NCBI GenBank assembly: GCA_965235115.1 | Contig: OZ249448.1 | Span: forward strand, 20,460,001 to 20,524,000 | Origin: Laetmonice hystrix | Lineage: Eukaryota | DNA length: 64,000 nucleotides | Direction of reading: 5' to 3' | In this document: in pieces, positions 46,620 to 58,818 of the stretch | How the letters are laid out: every line of letters begins with the position of its first letter | How positions within the stretch are numbered: position 1 is the stretch's first letter | Translations under genes and position numbers: made by a program | The notes under the pieces: generated by a model | What the model saw: only the letters and a program-made list of their open reading frames with translations | Database searches by the model: none | Told to the model about the DNA's origin: nothing

Positions 46620-47548
46620 AACCTAGTTCCCCCACCACACAAAGTGTAACTACAAGCAGTGGTGATCATTAGACCTTCTCCAGTGGATTACATAGACCTT
46701 ATTATTTCTACATTCACACTGTGATTCAGCAGACCATGGTCACATGTCACCATGCGTGATTGTATAGAAAAGTGAATGAAATATACAAATATACAATGTT
46801 TTTCCAAGTGAAATGCGTAGGTGGAATTTGGGTGTTGCTTCAATTAATTATTTGATTTCTAGAATGACCCCTTACATCGCAGCCGTGGTTTTGACCAGTT
46901 TTTGGCATTCCCCCACGTCCCCATGAGAGTACTCATTTTTGCTCTTCCACAATTTACCAACATATATCTCACCCCAGCACCTGAATTATTTTTTTTTAAT
47001 TTCAAATTATCCCCACGTTGATAACTTACCCCTTACTGGGTTGTAACGTCCTCTGCATTAACATGCCACCATTTTCTATTGCCAACAAAACTCAAGATGG
47101 CAATCCACCTCAAAATTAGCTTCAGCATATTTGAACTTTTCTAATTATTCTGAATATTTTCTTTACTATTTGACATTTTGCAAATCATGAAGCATTTTCC
47201 TTAATCAACAAAACAGAAGCAAATTTTCTGAAATCCCAACCACAGGAATCCCAGTGAAGCAATATCAGGCTGGACAACTCTCCAACTAGTATAACCTGAT
47301 ATCCTCAAACTTCTCAAACACATTTTTATACCAAAGGCACGTGGCATGCACCGAAACAGGAGCTATAAAATGCTCCAATCCAACATACAATCAAAAGTTT
47401 ATCTTTGTTGATTTAGTCCACTGATAAATTGTCTTCTCGAAGACGATCAAGCACAATGGCACTTTATAATATCCAGCACACAAAAACGGCTGCTGACTTT
47501 GAAAAGTCAAAAGGAAAGTCTGCTGCTGATTGTGATATGATTTGGAGC

Positions 47549-49943
47549 TCAGGTCAGTTGGACTTCTGTCTCGTCGATATTTTTCAGACTGAGGACTTCC
47601 AACACTCCTTTCCCTTTGGTGTCTGCCCTGATCAGTTCGTCTATCTCACGGAAACATCCTGGGTCAATCAGAATCACCTGTAAGTATACAACCACAGATT
47701 TACGGTCAGCAAGTACTCAGGTGGGAAAGTAACAGATCCTGACTGTACCAATAAATACCATTAAAGTAGCCTACATGTCAGTCTCATCCAGCCCTGATCA
47801 GGAGGGCTGAAATAAGTTTAAAGATAGAAATATACCTTCTCAAACTCATACCGTTTCAAGGTCTGCCCCAAATTCCTCTGCCTCAATCTTGGAAGCAAGC
47901 CTGTGGATCTTTTCCTTCATTTTCCCTGCAAATTTGCCTGTAAATATAATAAGAACCAGACATGATTTCACCTTCAAGAAAATAACTCTGAACTTTAAAA
48001 AAATTGAAGCATGAATTCATCACTTTGGATTTGGTTACATCGCACTATGAATTTTATTTGCCAAGGGGCAAATTACTACCACTGTATAAATATTCTATGT
48101 ACTGTTAGTATACTGGCATGGCATTAACAATTTATCCACCTGGGACAGTCAACTTGAGTCTCATCTGTGCCCTCTGTATGTCAATGACTGAAGAGGCCTT
48201 CAGCTGCCGGATAACTTCCAATGCCTGGTTTAACACAATTAAAAGAAATTTGTTAGAATTTCAAGAGATTCTTTTGCGGTTCAAATCAATCACAACTCCT
48301 GTCTTGTGTTTTGCAAATAAAATATCTTGATTTTAATGTAGATCCAGAGGTCAACATTTTTTTTCAGCAAATCCCCATGATTTGTGACTTATTAAAATTT
48401 TATTTTTGATATGATTCATACAAAATATTTGTGGGATAAAACCAATTAGGAACCTCTGTCAAGAATCTAAAGACGCCACTGCTTGACTGCCAAATCAATT
48501 CAAATTTATTCTAAATCTCATTCAGACTGATTTCAATGCTGAAAATAGTTTCTCCAGTGACCATTTCCCACAAACAAATTTCCCCCATTTCCCTGTGATG
48601 AGAGGTTGGATTTAATACTGACCTGCTGTTTGGTGTTCTGAGTTGATTTCACAGAATAATGTATGTCCTTCATCGCCTGTTCAATCAGTGTCACCGTGTA
48701 TGGTCGATTACTCTCTGGGTTCACACACATGTTGTTCACAATTGTGGCAATGTCTCGGAACATTGTCTCCAGTTCAGCATGTCTTTCCTTACCAGAAACT
48801 TGCAGCTCTCCTTTAGCCAAAATCTTCAAATGACATAGAAATTGAAAGAAAATGATTATATGTACAATCCCAAGAAACCTTTGAGTCCTTGAACATTTTA
48901 AGGTCTTTGCACTACCAGAGCTTCAATCATAAATAAGATTCCTTTCATATATGTTTTTACGAACTGGACCCAGGACTTCATGTGGGTTATACCTCAGTTT
49001 AGTGAACACCACCAAAAAGAGATTTTTTTCAACATTTTTGGGTAGCACTTTTCACTGCGGACTACCGTGGATGACCATGCTCCACCGTGGACTAAGGACC
49101 ACAGACCACCGCAGATCACCAGATTTTGGGTTAGTTAGGGAACAGATTAGTTATATTGGTCAAGCGGCAGGTGGTGGGCAGGCGTCCCCCAGGACACAGT
49201 TGAAAGCAGCAATCTAGTCGGATGGATGTTGCCACTCTTCTGTCTTCACCTGTTAGGGTTAGTAAGGTCTACCGTCTTTACTTGTCCACGGTGATCCACA
49301 TTAGTCTGCAGTGGTCCACGGTAGGTGAAAAGTGGTACACTTATTTTTTAACTCAGTGCAATACAACCAGGAGCCTTACCCACCTGCAGGCAGATTTCAT
49401 CTTGATTGTCAGTATTGAATGCTTTCTTCAGCTCGTCACTCTTTGCCACTTGCCCTTTGGAAACATTCATGAACACAGTATGTGTCTGCAACACTTCATC
49501 TATGTCCGTCTCTCTGAAATGAAAAAAAGAAATGCATAATATATTCACTTCATTTTCAAAAAGAAATTCTACATGATATTGAAAACACTCGATTGAGATT
49601 TTCTAGGGTAATTTTCTCCTTTTTTTGGGGGGGGGGGGGGGAGGACAAATAAATGTCATCTCACCATTCAGTCGCTCGTCATGCCATATAAATCTATTAA
49701 TATATAATTGATTGTATCACGACACACGTTGACAAGAATACTGGGAAAATATTTACCTTCTGGCTATGCTTACATTTGAACGGTAATTTATTCTAGTTAA
49801 ATTTATACTCACAACTTTCTCCTCCAACATGAAACTTTGTTGGGATAGCAAGCGATTTCGAACCTTTTCCCACCCTTCTTCAACCTGACAACTGCCACAT
49901 TTGTTAACCGTTTCTGGTTTGTTGGTGTGAATATCGCAGCCAT
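47549..49943 (-). CDS. SBDS: Ribosome maturation protein SBDS, 6 coding exons, 253 aa
   Basis: Exons 49943-49813 ([37 protein letters not shown]), 49513-49384, 48823-48623, 48224-48140, 47937-47852, 47677-47549 ([30 protein letters not shown]). The total is 762 nt and open. Confidence 0.97.
49046..49334. mobile_element. Decayed inverted-repeat element in SBDS intron 2
   Basis: CACTTTTCAC..CCGTGGA at the left end and TCCACGG..GTGAAAAGTG at the right end. Confidence 0.45.
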
Positions 49944-50699
49944 TTTTGTTACGTCTTAGACTGGGGCAGAAACCCAAAAAGTTTATGATAAAAGAGTTAG
50001 GCTAGTCTGTGACCGGGCCCGCTTGGCACTGACACGGTCAGAGTAAACTGCACGGCCACGGCTGGGATGGCACTGGCACAGAATCGACGACAGACCCGCT
50101 GAGAAGCGTGGTTTGGACTGGAGCTGTCAAAATTAATCAAAGTCGGTGAATTCCAGCGTGTCGATAATTCCTGAACTGACCAACAATAACTTTAGTTCAA
50201 TGGGTGAATAAAGTGAGAAACACACGTCTTTCGTTTCACCGACGCAACTGCAAAACTTATTTCACCACTTTGCAGCAACTTGCATGACAGAAAGGTGAAT
50301 CAGTCATGGCGGAAATAACCACACTAATGACGCCCTCTGGTGACAAGCTGATAAAGTTTTTAACATAGTCCCCTGGTGGAAAATTTATGTACTATTAGTT
50401 ATGGTTTCTCGCTACTAAACACATTGAAAAAAAATAAGAGCGATCGTTTTTCAGTTTCACCCCAGCACAACTAAAAATATTAATAAGTGACTGAATAGGA
50501 TTAATTTAATATAGCGTTATTTCAAGTTGAAATAATAACATTTGGCAACTAAAACAAGAAACGGCAGTGATACAGGTAAATATATTTTCACAATTAAATC
50601 AAGTTTCCTACCTGCTACCTGAATGTGCTGATGAAGAGTTTCCGAGACTAAGTAAGAAGGTACACCACATTGAACAAAGACAACATAAAATCTTTAAAA
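49944..50699. promoter_or_regulatory. Head-to-head (bidirectional) promoter region between SBDS and the zinc-finger gene
   Basis: Divergent start codons are 756 bp apart, with CpG-containing segments between them. Confidence 0.6.
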
Positions 50700-53442
50700 A
50701 TGGCTATGGACCCTGGCGGTGGTGCTTACAACGACCGAAAACGTCGTAATTTTGTTCATCTGAACACCCAGACATTTGAAAGATGGCAGAAGGTGAAGAA
50801 CGAGGTCACACAAGAGAAGTCCTTCTACTCGGACTCGGATTTTGCTGGATACTTGCTAGAAAAATACGAGGCAGCGCGGTATGCGAATTTGCGATATTAT
50901 TTGATGAAGCTTTTATACTGTACCAACACAACAATGTACAACAGTGTATGATGGTTAGATAATCACTTTGATTTATAGGTTAAACCTCTTTATGAATAGA
51001 ATGGCGTGGTTAATTATACACGACAGAATAAACACTGTTCCCACTCGCCACTGCCATGACTGCAAGGAATGGTGGAAGTTAAATTATGCAGCGCTGGCTC
51101 CGTGAGCCTCTTTCACTGTAGTCTTTTAGCCTGTGTAGTAGGCCTACTAGTGGGAGGGTGGGAAGATTTGCCAGTCAGTCTCCTCACATTAATGTGCTAC
51201 CCTGTCCCTGTTGTGTTGAGTGTTGACTGTTGTTATAATAGTTTAGCAGTCATAAAGTTAAAAACACCGAATAGGCAATGGAAGAATGGGGGGGGGGGGG
51301 GGGTTAAATTGGCTCAACCACCGAACCAGGGTGTAAATTAAATTAATCACAGATAATCATCAGGCTCCACAGATCATGTCCGGTGACAATAATTCTATAG
51401 CACTTGAAAATGAACGTGAATTTTTATGGCATGCCAGCCCTGCCCTGGCCAAATTAGGAAAATTTATCATTGAGAGATTTTTCTAATCAGTTTGTGCAAT
51501 TTCAACTAACGTGTTATAGTTTAAATCAGTGCATAAAAATTACAGTTGCTGACTTATATTTTGTGAAGATTCTGAAATTGTTAGCATTTCTATGACAAGG
51601 AATAAAAAATTCTATATATATTAAATATAATAGGAGTTTAGTTGTGTGTTTTTGTAAATGATAAGTGAGGGCAGCACAGTCTGTGAACTAAATAATGCCC
51701 TGGTCCCAGTGGTTGGTACCGTAATATTGATAAATCAGATGGCATGGCAGATCTCCTCTCATATTGATACAGCCGTAGATGAGTAGGCTAAATACACGCT
51801 CGCTCTGTAATGGTCAGAATTTTGTTGTTTGAGGTGTTAATTGAATATTGCCTGTGTATTTACCTGTGTTTAAGGGCTGTGTTATTGTAGGATTACTGTA
51901 ATGACTTTATGTCAGGGCTATGTTGTTATAGATGCCTTAATGTATTGAGAGCCTAGTATAGGTTGAACAAAAGCTTAGAGCAGTGTTGTCGTATGTGGTT
52001 TGCTGTATTGCTTGATTATGTTTTTTCCATCTATGTTTCAGGGCTGTGATAGCAGAGAAGGAGATCCAGAAAGATCTACAGGAGGAGGTGACCAGAAACA
52101 CCCGTTTTGCTCGTGGCACTCAGGTGTTGCACATCCCCAGGGATCTGAAACATGAACTTGATTCAATATCCGTACAGTCTGGGCTGCACTCCACTGTGAA
52201 GACTGTCCGCTTCCTCGTGGATGCTTTCCAGTAAGTAAACATAGGTTATGGCATGGCTCCAGTAATATTACATTGAAAATACACAGTGTACCAAAGTAAG
52301 ACTACTTTGTGTTCTATATTTTTTTTAGAATTTGTATTGATTGTAAACCAAGGCCGTGTTCACACTAGGGAAATCTGCTGGCAAATACGTGCTATAGCAG
52401 GAGCGTGCCAGGCGGCAGGAAAGTTCCCCCGGCAAAGTGTGGGTAGTCTGAATGCTGATCTTAATCAGACCTTCTCATTTCTGCCGGCAGAAGCTCTGCC
52501 GGCAGCTAGGTTTGAACGCGGCCCAAGTTGCTGACCTACAGAAATCTGATATATCCTGCTTTTGTTTGTTTTTGCAGTGACAGGATACCTGATGTGAAGC
52601 TGAAGACTGGGAATGGTAAAAAGACTAACACAAGCTCAGTGGTATGGGATGCTTCGCGTGGTAAGCCAGGGACGTCAACAAGCATGGGGGATGACTCAAT
52701 GCAGTCAATCATAAAGAATGTGATGGACGTCCTGGAGGCAGAGGATAAGGGTACGATTCAGACCATCGACTCAATGGATGCACCAACACCAGCAGCTCGC
52801 AGTGAGGGTAAGGCCATGGTGGTTGAAAATGTCACGGTGCAGGTCAACAATGGGACAGTCCAGGAGGATGGCCTGAAAGCCAAGGATGATGCCACACAGC
52901 ATGCCATTGATGTGCGGGTCAAACGTGATGAGAACATGATTGAGATCGGACCAAGTGGAGGAGGGGAGGATATCTGGTCGTCAATGATACTGGAGCAAGT
53001 AATCCTTGGTGGTGACGGCGCTCGCAACACTGATAGTGGTGAACCCTCGTCAAAGAAAAGGAAGGCAGCGTCACAACCACGAGAGAAAGTGTTCCGTTGC
53101 AACACCTGTGCTGAAATTTTGACGAAAGAAGCTGACATTGAGAACCACGTCTATAAGATGCATGGTGCATGGCCGTTCATCTGTCGGTTGTGTCAGCTCT
53201 GTCTGTCGGAGGAAGAGGACATGATTGAACACGTGGACACAGCACACAGCGCCATCTACCTCTGTGGCTTTGCTGGCTGCAATTACAGCGCAGCACGTGA
53301 ATTCTCAATACGGGGGCACTTCATCACCACCCATACCAGGGGAACCAGCCTACCAGTCTCCATTTTGAAGGGCAAACTTTGGGATATGTATGTGAACCGG
53401 AGAACTACATTCTATGGACTCACGCCTGTCAACATTTCGTAG
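50700..53442 (+). CDS. Uncharacterised protein with three C2H2 zinc fingers and two N-terminal RHH-like motifs, 410 aa
   Basis: Exons 50700-50878, 52042-52230 and 52578-53442 (GT-AG, in frame, 1233 nt). Fingers: FRCNTCAEILTKEADIENHVYKMH, FICRLCQLCLSEEEDMIEHVDTAH, YLCGFAGCNYSAAREFSIRGHFITTH. A basic NLS-like KKRK precedes the fingers. Confidence 0.82.
52352..52523. mobile_element. PIF/Harbinger-like MITE in intron 2 of the zinc-finger gene
   Basis: CAA|GGCCGTGTTCACACTAG ... CTAGGTTTGAACGCGGCC|CAA, with a 3-bp target duplication. Confidence 0.7.
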
Positions 53443-55748
53443 CCCTAGCAAGACTTGGCCCAGTCTCAGATGAAGCGACTGTTGGGTTAGTGTATGACGG
53501 ACCACTACAAACATGAAACATCGGAAAGAAAAATGACCCCAACACAGGTTTTTTTTCTGGTCAAGCAAACGCTTGAGTTGAATAACGGTTGAGGTGCTCG
53601 AGAGTTGTATCTAGTGTTGTTGCTTTTAGATGCTGCAACTTTCACAAGGATGAGAAGTTGGTTTACCCCTTACCCCTAGTGATTGCATTCTCATAGATGG
53701 AATCAGATTAGTTTTCAATTTCGCCCCCAGGTAGAGTTCCCATTTGTTATCACAGGTAGCATAAGAGATGACCAAGTGAGTATAGAGAGTAAAGAATAAT
53801 GGAAACAGACCCAGGTAGAGAGAAAATGTAGTGCACAATAGCTGGGAAGCAGGGAAAATCATTTGTAACCTGATTGTTACTAGAAGTGGACAGTTGATAC
53901 TAACTGAAATGAAACTGGTTGCCCTAGTGGCATTGAAGGACAGACCAATGCAAAACTCGTCATAACCTGGCTTGAAAAATAAGGAGGGAAGATTGAAGAC
54001 TGTAGTATGGATTGAGAAATTTTAAGCTTGTCTCCATTAACAAAAATTGAAGACGTGGATCTAAGCCAAAGGGACAGTTAAGTGACAACCATGTCCTCAA
54101 TCTCTATGGGATAGGGAGCAACATTCAATGGAAACAAGACTACACCAGAACTTCTGCATTGTGTACTTGATTAAACGATATGAAGTAGGTTTGTGGCTCT
54201 ACAGTGGATTCACAATATTATTTGGTCATTCTGTGTTAATTTGAATCCCATCACCTTACCAATGTAAGGATATTATGAGTGTTATCCTGTGATAGTCATT
54301 CAAAAAAATGCGTCATTATGTCAGTAGAATTTCATTATTTTCTTTATTACCTGTATGGATTTCGACTTTGATTTAACAATTTGTTTTGTTTTTTTAACTT
54401 TAATTTTTAATTTTAAACTAATGTAGCACATTTTTCAATACATCTTTAACGTCTTAGAACAATCTTATGTGAAAGAAAAGCATGGGTTCGTGGTCTTAGA
54501 GCTTGATGACAATGATCTAGTAAGTCTACTTGAGCAGTGAAGGCTGTGCACGATGCTTCTGGTGTGCTGTTTCTGTCTATTTCACCTCTACGTTAATTCG
54601 TCCTTCGACATATATAGAATTCGTAGAAGGCACATTAGTCGCAGCGGTATTCGACCTGTTAACATGATATTGAATGTTTTCTACAGTATAGAAAGACCGC
54701 TATTTATATACAAGTATATGTATGTATGTATATCGAAATGTAAATCTCTAAATACAGTAACCAATCTTTGAGTATGATTAAAGGATTCTTTTGTAATACA
54801 TGTGTCTGTAACCCCACATAGTGTACTAGTAATCCTTGCATGAAACCACCCTTAGTGTTTTACATGGATTCCAAGATACCCTGATGACCAAATAAAACAT
54901 AAGTACCAAAATATTCTACTGTATGTTGTATTTTCATCTGCATAAGTTCTATCGACAGTACTAAAAGAGTTATCTAGAAATTGTATGGTTTTGTCCACAC
55001 AATTTTTTCTTCTTCCTCTTCAAGGAATGTATCGCAATAGTTTTGTGACCTGATAAAGTGTTGTTTAGAGAGAATGTCGATTTCGCAGTCCTGTGAGGTG
55101 CCCCTATCACTGTCACCATAAATTAGTTTGACCGAGAAAATGTTGAGCGCCCTGAAAAAAAAAAAACTAGGTGCGATAGACCTATCATTATCATGTGGCT
55201 TTTAATTTGGCATCCCTCTTGATCTGCAAGATGAGCCCATATTATAGATATAGTTCCTAGTGTTTGTCAGAAGTGGTGTAAACCTTTCAGGTCAACCCAG
55301 AATGTCCTCGATCTGCTTCCCCTGTACGTCAGTTTTTGGCAGCATTCGCAGGAGAGCTGTCGGCCAACTAGCAGCTGTCGGCGAGGCCCCCAAGCGTCAA
55401 GAAATGACAGTGCAAGCATTGGTGCTGCCATCTGGTGGATAAGTAGGCATCAAAGCTGTGCGGCAGGTTATTTAATTAATAATAATAATTTATGGATCGG
55501 AATTAAATGGGGACAAAAAAATGCCCTGTCATAGCTTAATCGTCAACCACCGTTTAGGCCTAGTTGGCCAACATTTATGTTTTCTGTGATCGACTAGATA
55601 GTAGATTGCTCGGCTCCGTTAAAACGGTTACCAAGAATACCTACCCGGCGTAATTTTACTCTATGGCGGCGGGCTTTCCGTTTTCTTCAACACGTGTGCT
55701 CCTTTGGAAATATCTGAACGAAACTAGAGTTTAACAAAATACAGTATC

Positions 55749-57856
55749 ATGTCTGTGGAACCAGAATCCCAATCTAAAACAAAAAATGGAGAACCAGCAG
55801 CCAAAAAAATGAAAACGTCACCGGGTAGCGACGGGGACGCGGGGAGTGGCGATGGTCGGTTCGTGGGGTTTGAGGTAGACAGAGTGCTGAGTGACAACTC
55901 CCAGAACAAGTTGATGACGGTGGCGGGAAAGTTTGCCGGTAGCGAGGCGGAGGCGGTGGTGATCGTGGAGAAGACACCACTAACAGTGGAGACGGTCAGA
56001 AAGATGTTGACGGCAGACACCCGAACCGAGCTCACCCTGCAAAACGACATCTACGGCACATTTCAGTGCTACCCGCCACCTGCTTCCAACAGTCAGTAGA
56101 TCTACACTAAACTAGTCTACAGTAGTACTGTCACTTCACTAGTCTAGAGTAGAGACTAGTATCAGAGTATAGTCTAGCTAGAGTAATGTCAGTAGTCTTT
56201 ATTAATAGCTCGAATTTTGGAATTTTTACCCGGCCTTCCCCCCCCCCCCTATTTTCCAAACTCTTTTTTTCTATGTTTCATGCTTAAAAATAATGGAATT
56301 TCGTTGAAAGATTTGGGAGAAATTTCTACTCTACATAGTACATGTTCAAAAGACATGTTTTCGACGTTCCTGAAAATTCCCCCCCCCCCCAAAAAAAAAA
56401 AATTCGGGGAGGGCCCCCAAAAATGGGCCACTGATTATCCAACAAAAGTTGGGCCCCCCCTCCCTTTTCTGGAATCCTGGATCTGCCACTGGTACCTGTC
56501 CCATTTACCCATTTTCCAGGCTTAAAAACAACAGTAATATACCCAGCAACAACACGGCACATTCAGAAGTACACAAAACAGGATGTGCATTTGGTGGAAG
56601 AAACCCCAGATGACTACTCCAATATTACACTTCCATTTATTGAAGAAGAGAATTTCAGCATACAGGTGAGAAGTAGTCAAGCAGTTAAAGCACTAAAGGT
56701 GATGACTCCTCGTTCTGTGAGTCTGGGTGCTTACAAATGTAAAAGCAGGGCCGTAATTCAAGGGGGGAGGGGGGCTAGGGGGCTTAAGCCCCCCCAATAT
56801 TTTCAGTGTTGCCTAATAATTATCCTACTTTACCAGGGAGACCCTTGGATCCGTTCATTGAGCCCCCTCAATAATTCAATAGCCCCCTCAATAATTTGAT
56901 GAAAATTACTGGCCTGACAAGTAACATGATAAAGTTGTTGTACAACAGGGGAAGGACATGATCGATTGTCTGCACTGTTAGATTCATTGAACCAAACCAA
57001 TACTTATACCGTTATAGTCTAAAACATGGTCATTTAATAGTCTTCCATGAGCAGTTTAGTTACCCAGGAAATGCTGTCATAATCGTAAAGTACAACTGTA
57101 TATTCATTTTGTATTTTTCTGTGGTGTCACAGTGGGTCTACAACATATTGGAGAAGAAGCAAGAAGCAGACAGGATTGTGTTTGAAGATCCCGACCCAGA
57201 GAATGGTTTCATTATGGTACCGGACATGAAATGGGATGGTCGACAGGTTGACGATTTGTACCTGGTGGCCATTGTTCATCGACACGGAATCCGCTCACTG
57301 AGAGATCTCAACGCCTCCCACCTGCCACTACTTACAGGAATACAGGATAATGGAATTGTGAGATATTGTTAGGTTGCCAAACTAGTTCATGACTGAAGAA
57401 AATCTTCATGTGGGCCATCTCCTTTTATACAGCTCCCCTTCCCCTCCCCCTACATGTTGACCTTGGAATTTTGCTTAAAAACAAGATTTTTTCTTTCATA
57501 TTGTTCATCCTACCAACCTTATCCTATGCCCAAAAATGTCTAGTTGATGAAGTTGTTGGTGTAAAAGTGGAATTTTCCATGTCTTTCAGAAAGCCATCAA
57601 GGACAAGTATAACATCAAGAAGAGTAAACTGCGCATCTACTTCCACTACCAGCCATCGTACTATCACCTACATGTCCACTTTACCCATCTTCACTACGAT
57701 GCACCAGGTAGCGGGGTGCTCAAGGCACACCTACTCTCTGATGTCATTGCAAACATCAAGATGACTCGCGATCACTATCAGAAGGCCAGCCTCACGTTTG
57801 TCATGAAAGAAAACGACAAACTCTGTCAGAAATACAGAGAACTTGGAAAAATCTAA
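55749..57856 (+). CDS. DCPS: m7GpppX diphosphatase (scavenger mRNA decapping enzyme), 4 coding exons, 326 aa
   Basis: Exons 55749-56091 (NDIYGTF), 56520-56665 ([14 protein letters not shown]), 57133-57357 ([21 protein letters not shown]...PDMKWDG...RSLRDL), 57590-57856 ([15 protein letters not shown], the HIT motif). The total is 981 nt and open. Confidence 0.97.
56746..56916. mobile_element. Short MITE in DCPS intron 2
   Basis: CAGGGCCGTAATT ... AATTACTGGCCTG imperfect terminal inverted repeats. Confidence 0.55.
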
Positions 57857-58818
57857 GGTTGAAATCCCGAGCCATCCGGGGGGCGGGGGGGGGGGGGGTG
57901 TTGCACATGTTTTTAAGGGGGGCGGCAGATGAGGAGGCTAGGGCCTGTGTTTAGTTTGGTTCTTTCCCAGCTGTTTTGATTGACATCCAAGTTTATGTTT
58001 ACTTTTCTGATTCAAGGTATCATAGGTACACTGAATAAATGACATTTTACTTTGAAGTTTTTGTGTACCATTTTGTTTGTTTTCAAAGAAAAATACCCCC
58101 TCCCCCAAAAAAGAGATAGGGGTCGTCAATTAAAGTATACCTAGAGGGGTCTTAACCCCCTTAGCCCTAGAAATATAGAAGAAAATTCCAGTGATCTTCG
58201 GCATGTCATGCCCCCTGGCGGAACTTCAATATATTACGTTATAACTGGTAGTCGAAGCTTAGGTCCCGCGCGGGGCAAAAAACAAGGACAACACCACGTA
58301 GGGAGTACACGTGGGTAACTGGTGGTAGCCGATATATCGACACTCTGGGTCACCCAACTCTCTTGCTGTTCGAGAGAAGTTGAGGGAGCCACCGTGGGAC
58401 ACGGTAGTCTACGATTATCGGGTGCCAACCAGTGGGGACGGGAGGGTGGAGGAAGTGGTCGCACGACCTGCCTGGACGGGCACCTGGGGCCGATGCGGGC
58501 ACCGGCCGTGGCCCCGCGGCCGCCTTATCACGTTAACGTTCCGTGCGTGAGATAAATAATAGGCTATGTGTAGGCAGTAAATAAACTCAATCTGGGAGAT
58601 CTGGGATCAGACAATCTGATAATTAACTTGAAGATGGAATCGATATGAAGAGTCGGATGATAACGTAATCTATAGCATAGGTTAGCCCGCGACTCAACCC
58701 CCGCCCGCCCCTTGACTTGGCCTTGCTAAAATTGCTGCGCTCGAGCCTGGGCCCAGCTCTGACCAACGATCCAGTTGCTCTGACCAAGGCTCCAACGTCC
58801 AAGCACTGAGAGGGCGCC

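Noticed and set aside
55724-56050. Antisense ORFs over DCPS exon 1, and similar ones over the zinc-finger and SRRM2 exons
   Set aside because: Shadow ORFs of real coding sequence on the opposite strand.
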